A stretch of 64,000 nucleotides of DNA from Lama guanicoe (taxonomy: Eukaryota). The stretch's first letter is position 1, and each line of letters begins with the position of its first letter. This document shows positions 11,396 through 23,799 of this stretch, piece after piece. The DNA lies in contig MU053379.1 in NCBI GenBank assembly GCA_013239625.1, forward strand, positions 3,144,866 through 3,208,865, in the 5' to 3' direction. A model generated the notes under the pieces. It was not told the DNA's origin, ran no database searches, and was given only the letters and a program-made list of their open reading frames with translations. A program made the translations under genes and the position numbers.

Positions 11396-12163
11396 AGCTG
11401 GAGGGGGTGTGGAGAAAGGGGGCCTCCTGCCCTGCTGGGGGGTGTAAACTGGTGCAGCCTTGTGGGGAACGTTATGGAGGTTCCTTAAAAAACTAAAGAT
11501 GGACTTACCATACGATCCAGCAATCCCACTCCTGGGCGTATATCCAATGGGAACTCTAATTTGAAAAGACACCTGCACCCCAATGTTCATAGCAGCACTA
11601 TTTACAACAAACAAGACATGGAAACACCTAAATGTCCATTGACAGATAACTGGATAAAGAAGTTGTGGTATATACACACAATGGAATACTACTCAGCCAT
11701 AAAAAAGAATAAGATAATGCCATTTGCAGCAACATGGATGAACCTAGAGATGATCATATTAAGTGAAGTAAGTCAGACAGAGAAAGACAAATTCCACATG
11801 CTATCACTTATATGTGGAGTCTTGAAAAATGATACAAATTCTATTTACAAACCAAAAACAGACTCACAGACATAGAAAACAAACTATGGTTACCAAAGGA
11901 GAAAGGGTTGGGGAGGGGTAAATTAGGAGTTTGGGATTAACAGATACATTACTATACATAAAATAGATAAACAACAAGGACCTGCTGTAGAGCACAGGGA
12001 ACTATATTCAATATCTTATAATAACATATAATGGAAAAGAATCTGAAAAGAAAAAATATATATGTATGTGTATGTATAACTGAATCGCTTTCCTGTATAC
12101 CTGAAACTAACACTGTAAATCAACTACACTTCAATAAAAAATTAAATTAAAAAAATTTTTTAA
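11396..12163 (+). mobile_element. 5'-truncated L1: ORF2 C-terminus plus 3' UTR
   Basis: ORF 11561-11875 contains WIKKLWYIHTMEYYSAIKKNKIMPFAATWMNLEMIILSEVSQ (L1 ORF2p C-terminus). AATAAA and A-rich tail follow. Imperfect TSD at 11381-11395 and 12331-12345. Confidence 0.95.
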
Positions 12164-12165
12164 AA

Positions 12166-12330
12166 GAAGGGAACTATATTCAATATCTTATAGTAGCTTA
12201 TTTCGAAAAAGAATATGAAAACGAATATATGTATATTCATGTAGGACTGAAGCATTGTGCTGTACACCAGAAATTGACACAACATTGTAAACTGACTGTA
12301 CTTTGATAAAAAAAAAGTAAAAAAAAATAA
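12166..12330 (+). mobile_element. second short L1 3' end of a different subfamily, directly after the previous L1 tail
   Basis: gggaactatattcaatatctt...gaaaaagaatatgaaaacgaatatatg...ccagaaattgacacaacattgtaaactgac followed by poly(A). Confidence 0.85.
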
Positions 12331-12794
12331 AGAAGACATTTTGAAGACTAAACATGATTTACCTTCCTTTCAGAGTTGCTAAGGAGGAGGGTAGGTGTCC
12401 AACTAGCTACCACTGGAGTGGGCCTCCCCCCATGCCCTGGCTCTCCTGGGTCCTCCCCAGTTCCTCAGGAAGCCACTGACCGAGGGCCGGCAGGAGGAGG
12501 CTGGAGCCCTGACCCTCCAGTCTGCCTGGTTAGGCCCGAGGCCAGCGCTTCCAGCACCTGAACTGAAGATTCCCAGATAAAGAGCCCGAGGGGTGGGCAG
12601 AGATGATGGCCCTGTATCTGGGGGAGTGTGCAGTCTAGCTGAAGAAGAGCTGTGGAAGGATGGCCAGGAGTAACACGTTTGGTCGGTGATGCAAGAATAA
12701 GCATGTATTAAATGGTCTTTGCCCACGGACACCCCTTCATAGACCCATTAACTTTTCCTTCTACTTTCTGTTCTGCTGCCGCTGCACCTCCATA

Positions 12795-12932
12795 AACCAG
12801 TTTCAGATCTGCAAAATGGGACAGTGATGGTGCCTGCCGGCTGGGGTTTGTGGAGGAACAATGAGGTCATTCGTGTGACCTGCACATAGTAGGTAAATGT
12901 TCAAGACATGTTGGTTGTTGTAATTACTATTA
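12795..12932 (+). mobile_element. MIR SINE fragment
   Basis: cagtttcagatctgcaaaatgggacagtgatggtgcctgcc...gcacatagtagg (MIR core and tail). Confidence 0.7.
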
Positions 12933-13794
12933 TTTAAAGGTATTTGATGCTGAACTATAGTTGAAGGAGGCTGCTCTTTGTTGCTGGCTCCGTAGGTCAT
13001 CTCCTCACATGTATGTTCTTACCATCTGACCCACATTTCCTACGGGGACCTGGGAAGCAGCAAGAGCGACCAGGACGTGACGCAACTCTTCCACTCTCTT
13101 ACCAGCATCAGTCCCTTTGGGTTATATTTTAATCATTGGCTCAAACAGGTACCAAAAACTGAATTTTGGAAAATTGAGGGAGCTTAAAATAGTGGGGTGC
13201 ATTAAACTGACTGCTCTCGTGGATCTGAGGCAACGAACGTTTAAAGGAACTGATTTTGCCAGAGTGAAAAAGGAGGAAACACAGCAAAGTTATTGTTATT
13301 TGAATCAAAAGCACTGTTTCCACGAAGAGCTGAGTAACTTCCTCTTTGTCTGGTTTCAGAACTCAGTTTATCTCCTTGAGATTTTGTTATTGGACCATCA
13401 GTAGAATATTGTTGCTTCTCTAACAGTTTCTTCCACTGATTCCTCTCCCCACCCCACCCCCATATTTGAAATTCTTTCTCTGTGCCAGAAACTTGGCATT
13501 TATTCCTCACGGGGGAGTTGGCATGTGCTATAAAAATATGTTTTTCAAATTAACATTTTCATGAGAAATCTCAAGAGTAGAGCACAGCGTTTTTCTGATA
13601 AGGAAATTGACATCTGTTCCGCTCCTAGAAGGACCCGCGCAGCAAACAGGGAGGCGGCGGGAATAGCTGTGTTTGGAGAGAGGGAGGCTGACACCTGCTT
13701 TGCTGACGTCTGTGTTTAAGGCGCTGTTCCCATGTCTGCATGCGTCGCACTACTTCATTTCGAGCTCCCAGTGACGCTCTGGGGTGCGTGCCGC

Positions 13795-13900
13795 TGTCTA
13801 CAGGTTACTTCTGTGGAAACTGAGGCGCAGTGAGGTTGAAACTTGGGGTGATGCTTATTAAATATCTGACTGGAATTTGAGCCCAGGTCTGTCTGACCCT
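13795..13900 (-). mobile_element. MIR SINE fragment
   Basis: ggaaactgaggcgcagtgaggttgaa...ggaatttgagcccaggtctgtctgac. Confidence 0.65.
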
Positions 13901-16900
13901 GATGACACGTGCGCCATGTCACATTGCCTCTCCAGACAGTCCAATTTTGATTTAACTGGCCATTTATTGGATGTTGGACATTATTGGATGGTTTAATTAA
14001 TAATATTAATTACTAATTTTAATTACATTTTTAGTATATAATTAATAATATTAATTTTTTTGAGCAAAAGAAATTTGGGGGGAAAAAACGCATTGCTTTC
14101 TTTTTCAGAAACTCAGCAGCCAAGAAGGTGTTTTTCTGTCCGAGCTTCTGACCAAGAGTCAGGAAACGGTGGAAGTTTGTTCCAGGAGGAGCTGTGCCGA
14201 GCGGGGCTTTGCCGCATTGCCGGCGCAGTGAGACGGCGGGACGGTGAGGGCGTCCAGCTGACGGGGTTGCTCTGACTTGAGGACGCCTCAGCGTCGGTGC
14301 TCGGACGCCTTGGCCCCACTGTGGGCTGAAGGCTGGGAGGGGCAGGGCTTCCAGGACGACCTCCGTGGGCCTTGGAGAGCGGGGCTGGGGCTGGTGCTGT
14401 GGGATGAGCAGGGCGGGCAGTGCTTTCTTTAAAAAAAGACAGACCATTCATGCAGGTAGTGTTGACTTATGGGTCTCAGTCAGGGGTCTAGGGGCCGCCC
14501 TGACGTCCATGGCTGGAATTCAGAGGGTCTCTGAACTTGAACAAGAAAAAATTATATCATTTTCACAAATCTCTGACTGAAAGTTGTCATTTCCTTCAAT
14601 TATGAATATAGATATCAAACTACACTGGTGACAGTGGCCCCTGGGACCTTGTCTCCAGTAGAAAGCAGATCTCCCCACAGAACAGCACGGCTGTTGCAGA
14701 GCGAGCAGACCGCCGCTCATGCTCCGCACCACCTCAGATGATAAGATCACCAGCCTCACCCTTAGATCCTAGCATGTAGCATGAATAATTGAGCTCACAT
14801 ATGACCAGATCACCCATTTACTTTTTAAAAATATTTTGATAACTGTATTTCAAAGTATTGGTTCCCTCTGTAGTTTTCTGAATTTTATTTTCTGCATTTA
14901 AAATATCATTCTGAGACTGTTTTCAGTAAAAAGAAGTTGAGATTTCAGCTTTAGAAACAAGTAATAAAAATATGCATTTAAAATGATAACGCCCTTGATA
15001 CCGTTTGTTTGGTGATCTTTGGACTTCATTCAGTTTATTTCTTCAAGCTCTGCCTGTGGAGCTGTTTTAACTAAAATCTGTAACAAATTTCAGAAATCTG
15101 TATCCATTAAAGTGTTTTCACTGCTCACCATTTTGTACTGGGATGATTAAATAAACCAGGTTTTGAAATTTGCGTATGTGTTACAGGAAAAAAATTCACA
15201 TCAGAGTCGGTTTTGACATCTCCAGGCAGTCTGGGTGTGAAGCTTTGGCGGGTAGTGGATTTGAAAGACCAGAGTCAGGTGAAGCAGTCTCCCTGCACTG
15301 GTCTTCCAGTGGCATTGCAGTCCCAGCCTCCCCGGAGAGCTGGCAGCCTTCCTTAGGGTCTTTTAAACCATAGTAGCAAATGCTCCCCTGCCCCCGAACA
15401 GCCTCCGCAGCAGCCTGACACTGTGCCAGGAATCTCCACAACTAACCTGATTCGGGATTCAGATATTGTGGTTTTAGAACCTCTGCTCTAAAAAAATAAT
15501 GCAGGGAAGACGCACCGTTTCTCATGTTCCCAAACATTAGAAAATGCCCCTGCCACCCTCCCTCTCTTCCCGTACGAATTCCTCCCCCACTTCACCCTCT
15601 GAGTAGCACAGATTCCTGCCAAAGAGGGCGATCCATCTCGCTGAGAAGAGCGAGGAAGAGAAAACATCTCAGCTTCGTAAGGCTCGTTCATGTGAAAACG
15701 TTGCGATGCATGTTTTTTTCTCTCTTTGCTGAAACCTTAATTATGTGGGTCAGTCCCGGCCCCTGCCTATGAACTCCCAGTGACGCTGGTCCGCCGCACT
15801 GTGGCTTGTCTCCCCTTGGGTGAGTGTCAGTGTCCCTCTGTTAATAAAAGGTGGACATTTGTTGGCTTGTTCTACCAGCATTTCTCGGTCCAGCAGAAGT
15901 CCCTGGGCTAATGTGCCCTTTCAGGAAGCCTGGATTTTGATGGAAGTGTCTTTCCCAAGAGGGGCAGATACATTGACACCCCTTGTGCCAATAGGGTGAC
16001 CATGCACCCTGCATGCCTGTGAGAGTCCCAGGCCACCTCCACACCCGAGTGTAATGTTCAGTGTTTGGTAATGACTGTGTCAGAATGGAACAGAATACAT
16101 GGAAGGGGACGGAAATTTAGTTATGGGGTGGAAAGGGCCAGAAGAGAGTTGACTATAATTAGAAACATCACTCACTAGATGATGTTGATAAAAAACACCA
16201 GGTGCCCTTGGGCGGGGAGGGGAGGGTACAGGGGAGCATGAAGGATAAAGAAGGAAGGACCAAGAGGAATTTGACTTCCCCCAAGTGCCTTGGCCCCTGG
16301 GGCCATCTCAGTGATTGAAACATGCAAATTTGGGGTTTAAGGCCTCCTCCAGACCAGAGCCAGGTTTGTAAACCTTCCATTGTGGGCGGGTTGGGAAGTG
16401 ACTTTACGACATCATACCCACTGGAGATGGCAGGACTCTTCAATTCAGAATCTTCATGTCTGCATCTCTGCTGTGTTCTGCTTCCAATCCTGCAATCCAC
16501 ATCCGTGCAGCTCACGGAGGCCTGGGTTGGGCTGGGTTGGTGGTGCTCGCCCATTAAAAAGGAGCCCCCGGACCACGCAACACCGAGGAGAATGAAAAAC
16601 TGAAGTCATCAGTGGTTCGGTAATCCACACTTATTGTTACTTTGTATTTTGAGCATCACCTTTTCCACTTACAAACAGTTATATTATTAAAAAGATATTT
16701 TCCAAAGATAGTAAGCTTGGCAGTGGTTGTCAAGGCTAATAGTTTGACATTTCAGATCACCCACAACTAATCAACTGAACATGGCAACACATTTGAAAAA
16801 CCCATTATAGGCAGAAGGCCCTGAAGTAATATGTCAACTCCCGCACTAACAGCTGTTATGTAAACGGGCTGATTTCTCTCCGCTGAATGGTCACGTGGTT

Positions 16901-17389
16901 GGAGGGAGAGTGGCTTTGAAGGACGAGTGCGTGTAGCTGGGAAGGGAGATTGTGTTCTTGAATGCCACACATTTACGGGGGAGAAGCCCCTATCGCTGAT
17001 GATAAAGACACTCAGTCATCTCTCACAAATGCTTTTAGGGATGTTTCTCTCTCTGAATGTAACACTCCCTGCAAGGCGTGAAGAGCTGTGACACCATTAT
17101 TGCCTCCCTATTGGGGAAACGATCCTCAGGGCTCAGCAGCCCAGAGCTCTTGTCCAAGATTTCCCTGAAAGATAAGAAAAAGGAATCTGCCAGCAGTGGC
17201 CTCTGGTTTCAAAAACTCCCAAGTCCAGACGGGCAGAGAATAAAGGGAACTAATTTCATTTCCATAATTCCTGCAGATTGTCAAGTTGTTTTGCGTGTTT
17301 GAAGAACCTCGTTCTGAGGACAGTGCTTCATCTCCGAGCCTTAGGCTAGATTTATTACTGAGTGATCTTAAAGCTCTTTGTATTTTTTT

Positions 17390-18150
17390 TGAAAAACAAA
17401 ATAAGTCCAAGGGTACTTATAAATTACTGCAAAATGACACAGAAAGGTTGAAAATAAAGGGCTGGAAAAGATATCCCAGATAAGTACTAAGCCAAAGAGA
17501 GCTGGTGGCTATATTCATAGTAGACAAAAGTAGAATTTAGGGTAGAAAAGTGGTAATACAGGAAAAGATGGACATGACAGGGTTTTTAAAGGAAATATCC
17601 ACAAATATGATAAAGCATTCATAAACCTAACAATTTCGCCTTCAAGTGTGGAAAGCAGAGGCTGACCAAGAAGGATGGATAAATACGTTTACAAACATAA
17701 TGGGGGATTTTAGGCCAAATCTCAGAAGTGGAGAAATTAAAGCAAACTGAAAATTGTTCAGGATAATGCAAGCAAACAATACCACTACGCTTGACCTGAG
17801 AGATGGGCATAACCCCCCCAACCCTACAGAGAAGATGTTTTCCTTTTTTAAATATACACAAAATATTTAAGTGAAGAAATTTTCAACAAACCTCAAAGAA
17901 CTGATAGAAACCTGTTCTCTGACTAAAATGAATCTTAATTAGAAATTAATACTAAAAAGACAGCCCAGACCCCTTCCACTTTTTGGAAACTGAAGGCACC
18001 CACCTAGAAAATTCATGGGTTAAAGAAGAAACAATAATAAAAGTTTAAAAAAAATTTAGATCCAAATAACTAAACCACCACAGATCGAAACATATGTGGC
18101 AGAGCTAAGTTATACTGAGAAGAAACTTCTTGATCTTCAATGTGGTTATT
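17390..18150 (+). mobile_element. old L1 ORF2 endonuclease-region remnant
   Basis: Translation DTERLKIKGWKRY followed by AGVAI-like sequence. A-rich and broken by frameshifts and stops. Confidence 0.8.
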
Positions 18151-18166
18151 AGAAAATGAGACAGTA

Positions 18167-18719
18167 CAATAGTCAAGACATGGAAGCAACCTATGTGTCC
18201 ATCAACAGAGGACTGGATAGAGAAGTAGTGGTATATCTATACAATGGAATATTACTCAGCCATAAAAAAGAATAAAATAATACCATTTGCAGCAACATGG
18301 ATGGACCTGAAGATGGTCATTCTAAGTGAAGTATGCCAGAAAGAGAAAGAAAAATACCATATGATATCATTCAGATGTAGAATCTAAAAAAAAAGAGGAC
18401 ATTAATGAGCTCATCTACAAAACAGAAACAGACTCGCAGACACAGTAAACAATCTTACGGTTACCAGGGGAAAAGGGAGTGGGCAGGGATAAATCTGGGA
18501 GTTTGAGATTTGCAAAGGTTAACCACTATATATAAAAATACGTAAAAAAGCAAGTTTCTTCTGTCTAGTACAAGGAACTATATTCAATATCTTGTAATAA
18601 CCTTTAATGAAAAAATACGAATATGAGTATGTGTCTATACATGCATAACTGGGATATGATGCTGTACACCAGAAATTGACATATTGTCACTGACTGTACT
18701 TCCATTAAAAAGAAAAGAA
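18167..18719 (+). mobile_element. young 5'-truncated L1 (ORF2 C-terminus plus 3' UTR)
   Basis: caatggaatattactcagccataaaaaag...gcagcaacatggatggacct. 16-bp TSD agaaaatgag(a/g)cagta at 18151-18166 and 18720-18735. Confidence 0.93.
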
Positions 18720-18740
18720 AGAAAATGAGGCAGTAAGTGC

Positions 18741-18881
18741 GCCATGTGAGGACACAGTGAGAGAGCACAGACCAGGAACCTGGGAAAGAGCTTCCACCAG
18801 AGCACAGCATGCTGGCTTCTGGGTCTCGGGCTTCCCAGCCTCCAGAACTGTGAGAAATAAATGTTTGTTGTTTATAAGTCA
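18741..18881 (+). mobile_element. MaLR (MLT1-type) LTR 3' part
   Basis: gccatgtgaggacacagtgag...cttcccagcctccagaactgtgagaaataaatgtttgttgtttataag. Confidence 0.85.
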
Positions 18882-18885
18882 AGAA

Positions 18886-18930
18886 GGGAAGGAAGGAAGG
18901 AAGGAAGGAAGGAAGGAAGGAAGGAAGGAG
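18886..18930. repeat. (GGAA)n microsatellite
   Basis: About 10 consecutive GGAA units. Confidence 0.95.
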
Positions 18931-21014
18931 GGAAAACTTACGTCCTAAGAGAACGAACAGCATGAAGGAAAGAATCACAACAGAAACAAGAATGAATGAG
19001 ACAGGAAAAAAAGCAGAAAGTGAGTCATTTTCTGTTGCTCTTCGGAAATGCTGGTTACTGACTAACGGTGTATGATGAATACTTTATTTAAAACATGTCT
19101 TCAAACCACTCTTGGCATAGCTTTTCAAAACGGACAGCATTTCAAGTTGTTCCATCAGAAGGAAGTTGTGCTGAGCGGGGCTGCAGGTGCATGACCCGTC
19201 GTGATGTCAGGATCTCAGGTAAAGGCGGAGGGAGGAGAGCTGGCGGCTCTGGCTCCGGCCCATCTTGGCCGTGTTTGGTGGCTTGGGATGGGACAGCTCT
19301 GCCCATGATTGGAGTTGGAAAGTTCCCGTTCATTATTTAACATTCTTCGTGACGGCGAGGCACTCGGCCCAGTCGAGACCACCTCGTGCAGTTCTCTGGT
19401 CCTTAGAAACAGTCTTGAACATCACAGACTTCACCTGAGGCCTTCCTGGTTCTGCTGAATCCACGTTGGAAGTCCCCCGCATCTCCGTTCCCGTGACCGC
19501 TGCTTTGATTATTCTGGCCAGCACCCACACTCCATCTGAGAGCCTGAATTTTGTGCCCAATTAAACACGGAATTAAAAGCTCAGAAAGGCACATCCATTA
19601 TCAAAATTGGGCCTTTTCACACCCGACGCTCACTCAGAAAACCTTTCCTGGCGGACTAATAAACCCTGGGCCGGCTGTCACTCCAGTGGGGTGCTGGGGC
19701 TCGGGCGGCAGCGGGAGGTTCACGAGGCTGAACAGAATCCAAATTAGCTCAGCTCCTACGGACTAATTGAAGAGCAGGTAAGTCAGGACTGGGTTTCTGA
19801 ATTCATAGCATTTTTTACAGCTTTGGAAATCTCCTAAACTTTAACGTCAGGTCAAAAGTGGCTCTGGGGCCGGGAGAGGAGAACAAGACAGGACACGAGG
19901 GTAAAGCAGATGCCTGTCCGATGCCACGGTTTTCTCCTTGTTGCCATTTTCCTGCTTAAAATGCTATGTTTACATAAACGTGTAGAATATAGAGTGAAAC
20001 ATATGTGGCCTTCACTTTTGGCCACAAAGAAAATGTGCTCCTTAATAAAGTGGGCTGAAAAAGTAGTAAGGCTTGAAAGAGTTAAAAAAAAAAAAAGGTC
20101 GTCAAAACTAGCTATTATTTTTGCAACCATTATGAAGCAGATCTGACTACGTTACAAGCAAACTGGGGTGAGAAGAGACCATTTCATCTATACTAGAAGA
20201 GTAAGGAATGTACATATTTGGCTACAGAGACACTGAAACAAATGAGAGACTCTCACAGATGCACCCGAAGTTCTGGCATCTCTGTTCCCCCCTCTCACCC
20301 TCAATCACCCGTATCAGATGTCTCATATCCGGCGTTTTGATGTGGGGCTGAGGGTTCATGGTAAAAAGCAGCCAAATATGGAAACGTCCTGTTCCCTGCC
20401 CTCCAGGCAGAGGAAATGGAAGGAGTCCCAGGGAATCCAGCCACCTTGTCTCCTTCTGGGTTAAGGCCGATCATCTTCCTAAACCCGAACAAGGAAACCC
20501 AAGCTCATGACCACATTGGAAACATGAGACTCTGGGTCTCCTCTAGTCGAACAAATGCAATCAGGGAACCTGATTCCACACCGTCTTCTCTTAACCTTTC
20601 TCGAAGGTGGTTTCCACTGGGATCCACCGACGAACAAGAGTAGCAGACACACCCTGTTTAGTGTCCGTGATACACGCACCTGCCACTTCACACGCTGGTG
20701 CCGAGGACCACCTCACACAGCACAGTTACGGCTTGTTCCGCTGGTCTCAGGACGCCCCTGGACGAGGCTCTGGGCTTGGAAAGTCCGGGAGTCGGGGCGA
20801 CAGGTTCTGCCCCCGACGAGGTGACTGTCCTCTCTGCACTGTGATCTTCTCCCCTGTAAAGGAAGGAAGTTAAGGCCAAGTCCTCCTGAAGGTCCTCTCC
20901 CCACTAACAAGTTACATCTTGTTGCCCTCTAAAACTCACTCCGGTGCAGGCTGAACCTTCTCCTCCAGTTTGAAGGCTAATTTTTTTTTTTTTAAGGAAA
21001 TGATAGGAAAGAAA

Positions 21015-21240
21015 GTCCCTGGACTCTAAACTCAAACACAGATTTGAATTCCTACTCTGTAGTGTGGCATCAGTCAGATTCCTGTCCCACTCTGACCTGC
21101 TGTTTTTTCATCTCCAGGAAAGACATAATAATATCTACCTTGCAGGTTATTCAAGAACAAAAATAGGGCGAGGTGTCTAGAGACCTGCGCATGATGGGCA
21201 GTGAGCACTTGGGAGATCACAGGTCTTACTGTTGTTAGTG
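21015..21240 (+). mobile_element. MIR SINE, decayed
   Basis: gatttgaattcctactctg...tctgacctgctgttttttcatctccaggaaagacataataatatctaccttgcaggttatt. Confidence 0.65.
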
Positions 21241-22327
21241 TTTTCTTGGCTGAGACTTGCCCTAACTGTACACATTTTATGCAAAAGCGTCCATGAGGCC
21301 GCCCCCAAGCTCACTGAGCCGGGTTTTCTTCCTCCTGAGCGCAGCTGTACCTCACTCTCCAGCATCCCTTGCAGTTACACGCACACACGTGACCACTGTC
21401 CACCAACAGGGCGAGGGGCAGCCTCCCCCCACGAACAGCCATGCCCTTTCCCCTGTCGCTAACTCGGCGCAGCTTTGGAAGCCACGCGTGGAAGATGGCA
21501 GAGCCAAGGGACGCGAGGATCCTGGGCCCTGGACTCACTGCTTGGAGGAGAGATGCCTGATGGTCAGAGACCCTCTGTGGACTTTGTGCATGAGGGGGAG
21601 AAGCCTCCGTATTCTTTGAGCCAATTTACATCTTTCAGTTTATTTATTCTAGCAGCTAGCTTTGTCTAATTTGTCTATACAGAAAAGCCATGATTGAAAT
21701 ATGTATTTTTTCAAAGTGTACGAAAAAATGGGTCCTTTTTATTTGCCAAGAATTCGAAGGAAAGTTTGCTCTTTCAAACTCAATTTAACTAACACTTCTT
21801 GATGGCTTCTGATGTTCCAGAGAGGGGAACCCACTTGGAGGATGAAGAATAGGACCGATCACATATGGGAACTCAAGGTGGGCACCAGGTAGAGCCACGT
21901 GGCGGAACCTCCCCCTTTACAAGGCTTTACCTTTGGATGTGAACTCCAAATGAGGCCATACACCTCCTCACAGAATTCACCCAAGGAGGTTAAAACAACA
22001 TCCAAAATGTTTTGAAACCTTGTACTGATGGTTCCTAAGCCGGTCACAGATCCCGAGTGGCTTTGGAGCAGAAGGAGTAGGCCCTTGGATCCATCTGAGG
22101 CCACAGCCTTCCTGCTGGCTGGGAACCTTTCACGATGCTAGGTCAGCCCTCCCATCATCGCCTGCTTGGTCGCATTCCAGACCAGCTTCTGTCCAAACCT
22201 GGATACTCAGCCTCTTGTGTGAGACCTGTTTTGGCCCCAAATTCCACTGAACTGTAGCAGAAGCCCCTTGGTTTATTGGAAAGAGTTATTTAGACTAAAT
22301 CAACGACCAGTTGTTTTGGGGTCTTTC

Positions 22328-22348
22328 TGTGTGTGTGTGTGTGTGTGT
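22328..22348. repeat. (TG)n microsatellite
   Basis: About 10 TG units. Confidence 0.9.
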
Positions 22349-22944
22349 TCATAGCAGGCTTAATTGCAATAACATTTATACCGCATAATACAGCGCACAG
22401 AGGTTGTAATTTTCCTATCATCTAAATTGCAGGCTGAAATTGTGTTAAGGAAGGACTGTAGAGAGTGAATTGCTGCTTTCAAAATGACTACTTTTCCCCG
22501 ACAATGTGATGGGCAGATGAACGCCGGAGACCGAGGGATGTTCTGTGTTTGACGTTAGTCAGCGGAACCCCAGGACTTTGTAAGGGTAGCTAGCTCACGC
22601 CATTTGTATTTTGCATTTTAAATTTATAACTGGCACCTGGTCTACCCAGAAAATCATTTTTTTCTACTTAACTTTGCATCACCCTTTGGAAAACACTTAG
22701 TTATTGTGAAGATGTCATTCAGGCAGTTCGATCTGTGCTGTTTCCTTCGGACTTTCCTGCTGGGCGGGCCTGGGGTTGGTTGTAACAACGCAGAACTGGG
22801 CTGTAAACAGGAAGGGACACTAGCGACTTCTTGTGTGAAGTGAAATGACCATGGGAAAATTCGGCATCTTAAACCCACCAGATATTTTTTTGTTTATTAA
22901 ACACGGTGACTATGAGAAACCGGGAAACGGGCTCGGTAGGTGCG

Positions 22945-23145
22945 AGGGTGTGAGCTGGGTTCAAATCCATCCGCTGATGACCTCAGCAAGGAAGGCAACC
23001 TGCCTGAGCCTCAGCGTCCCTATCTGCAGCACGGATGTAACAGTGAAGCGAACCTCACGGGGCCGTGGGAGGGCACCGGGGCCAGCACGTAAACCTGAGC
23101 CTGGGCGCGTCCTCGGGGAAGGCTCACGCTCTCAGCACTGTTATT
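22945..23145 (+). mobile_element. MIR SINE, GC-rich copy
   Basis: ctgggttcaaatcc...tgacctcagcaaggaaggcaacctgcctgagcctcagcgtccctatctgcagcacggatgtaacagt. Confidence 0.7.
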
Positions 23146-23799
23146 GCTCCAGACGACAGCCCTCTTTGGAACAGGGGTCTGACCTGTGCAGGAAATGTAC
23201 AAAATGAACCCCAAACCCTAACATCTCGGGAAGTCTCCACTGTCAAATCTTCCAGAGGCTGCCCCCTGAAATGGATCAGAGAGAGAGGAGGCAGCAAAAG
23301 GGACAAGAGACCCAAGGCTGCTGTGACCACTTTGTTGGCTGCGTCTCACTGTCCACAGCCTCCAGCCCAGAGCCCAGGGGCCCCGCCGGCTTTCTCTGAC
23401 TCTGCCAATTGTGTTGGTTAAAGTGGTGACCAGTGGGGACCAGCAAATCAGACGTGAGTGCGGTGGCCAGCTGGACACCACAGAGTCTGGGGGAACCCTG
23501 TCACTTCTGAGTCACTGACCCCAAGCCTCCCTTCCCCACAAACAAGTGGCCACTTGAACTTGGCTTCTAGCCACCAGCTCCTGGACACAAGCTCAGGCTG
23601 CTCTGTGATGCGGGATGAGCCCGTGGCCCCGTGACAATCAGACACACCACTGCTGGGCGTGCTGGGCGCCGGGGTTTGTCTGGGATGAGGAACATGCAGA
23701 GGAAAGATGTGAAGGTTTGTCTTCTTGCCCTTCCTCCTGCCTTCCTTTCTCTTCCCCCTTCTCGCTCCCAAGGGCCCTTTCCAAGATGGGACTTTTAAT

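Noticed and set aside
11561..11875. 104-aa ORF with a recognisable protein motif
   Set aside because: It is the C-terminal fragment of L1 ORF2p in a 5'-truncated copy, not a host gene
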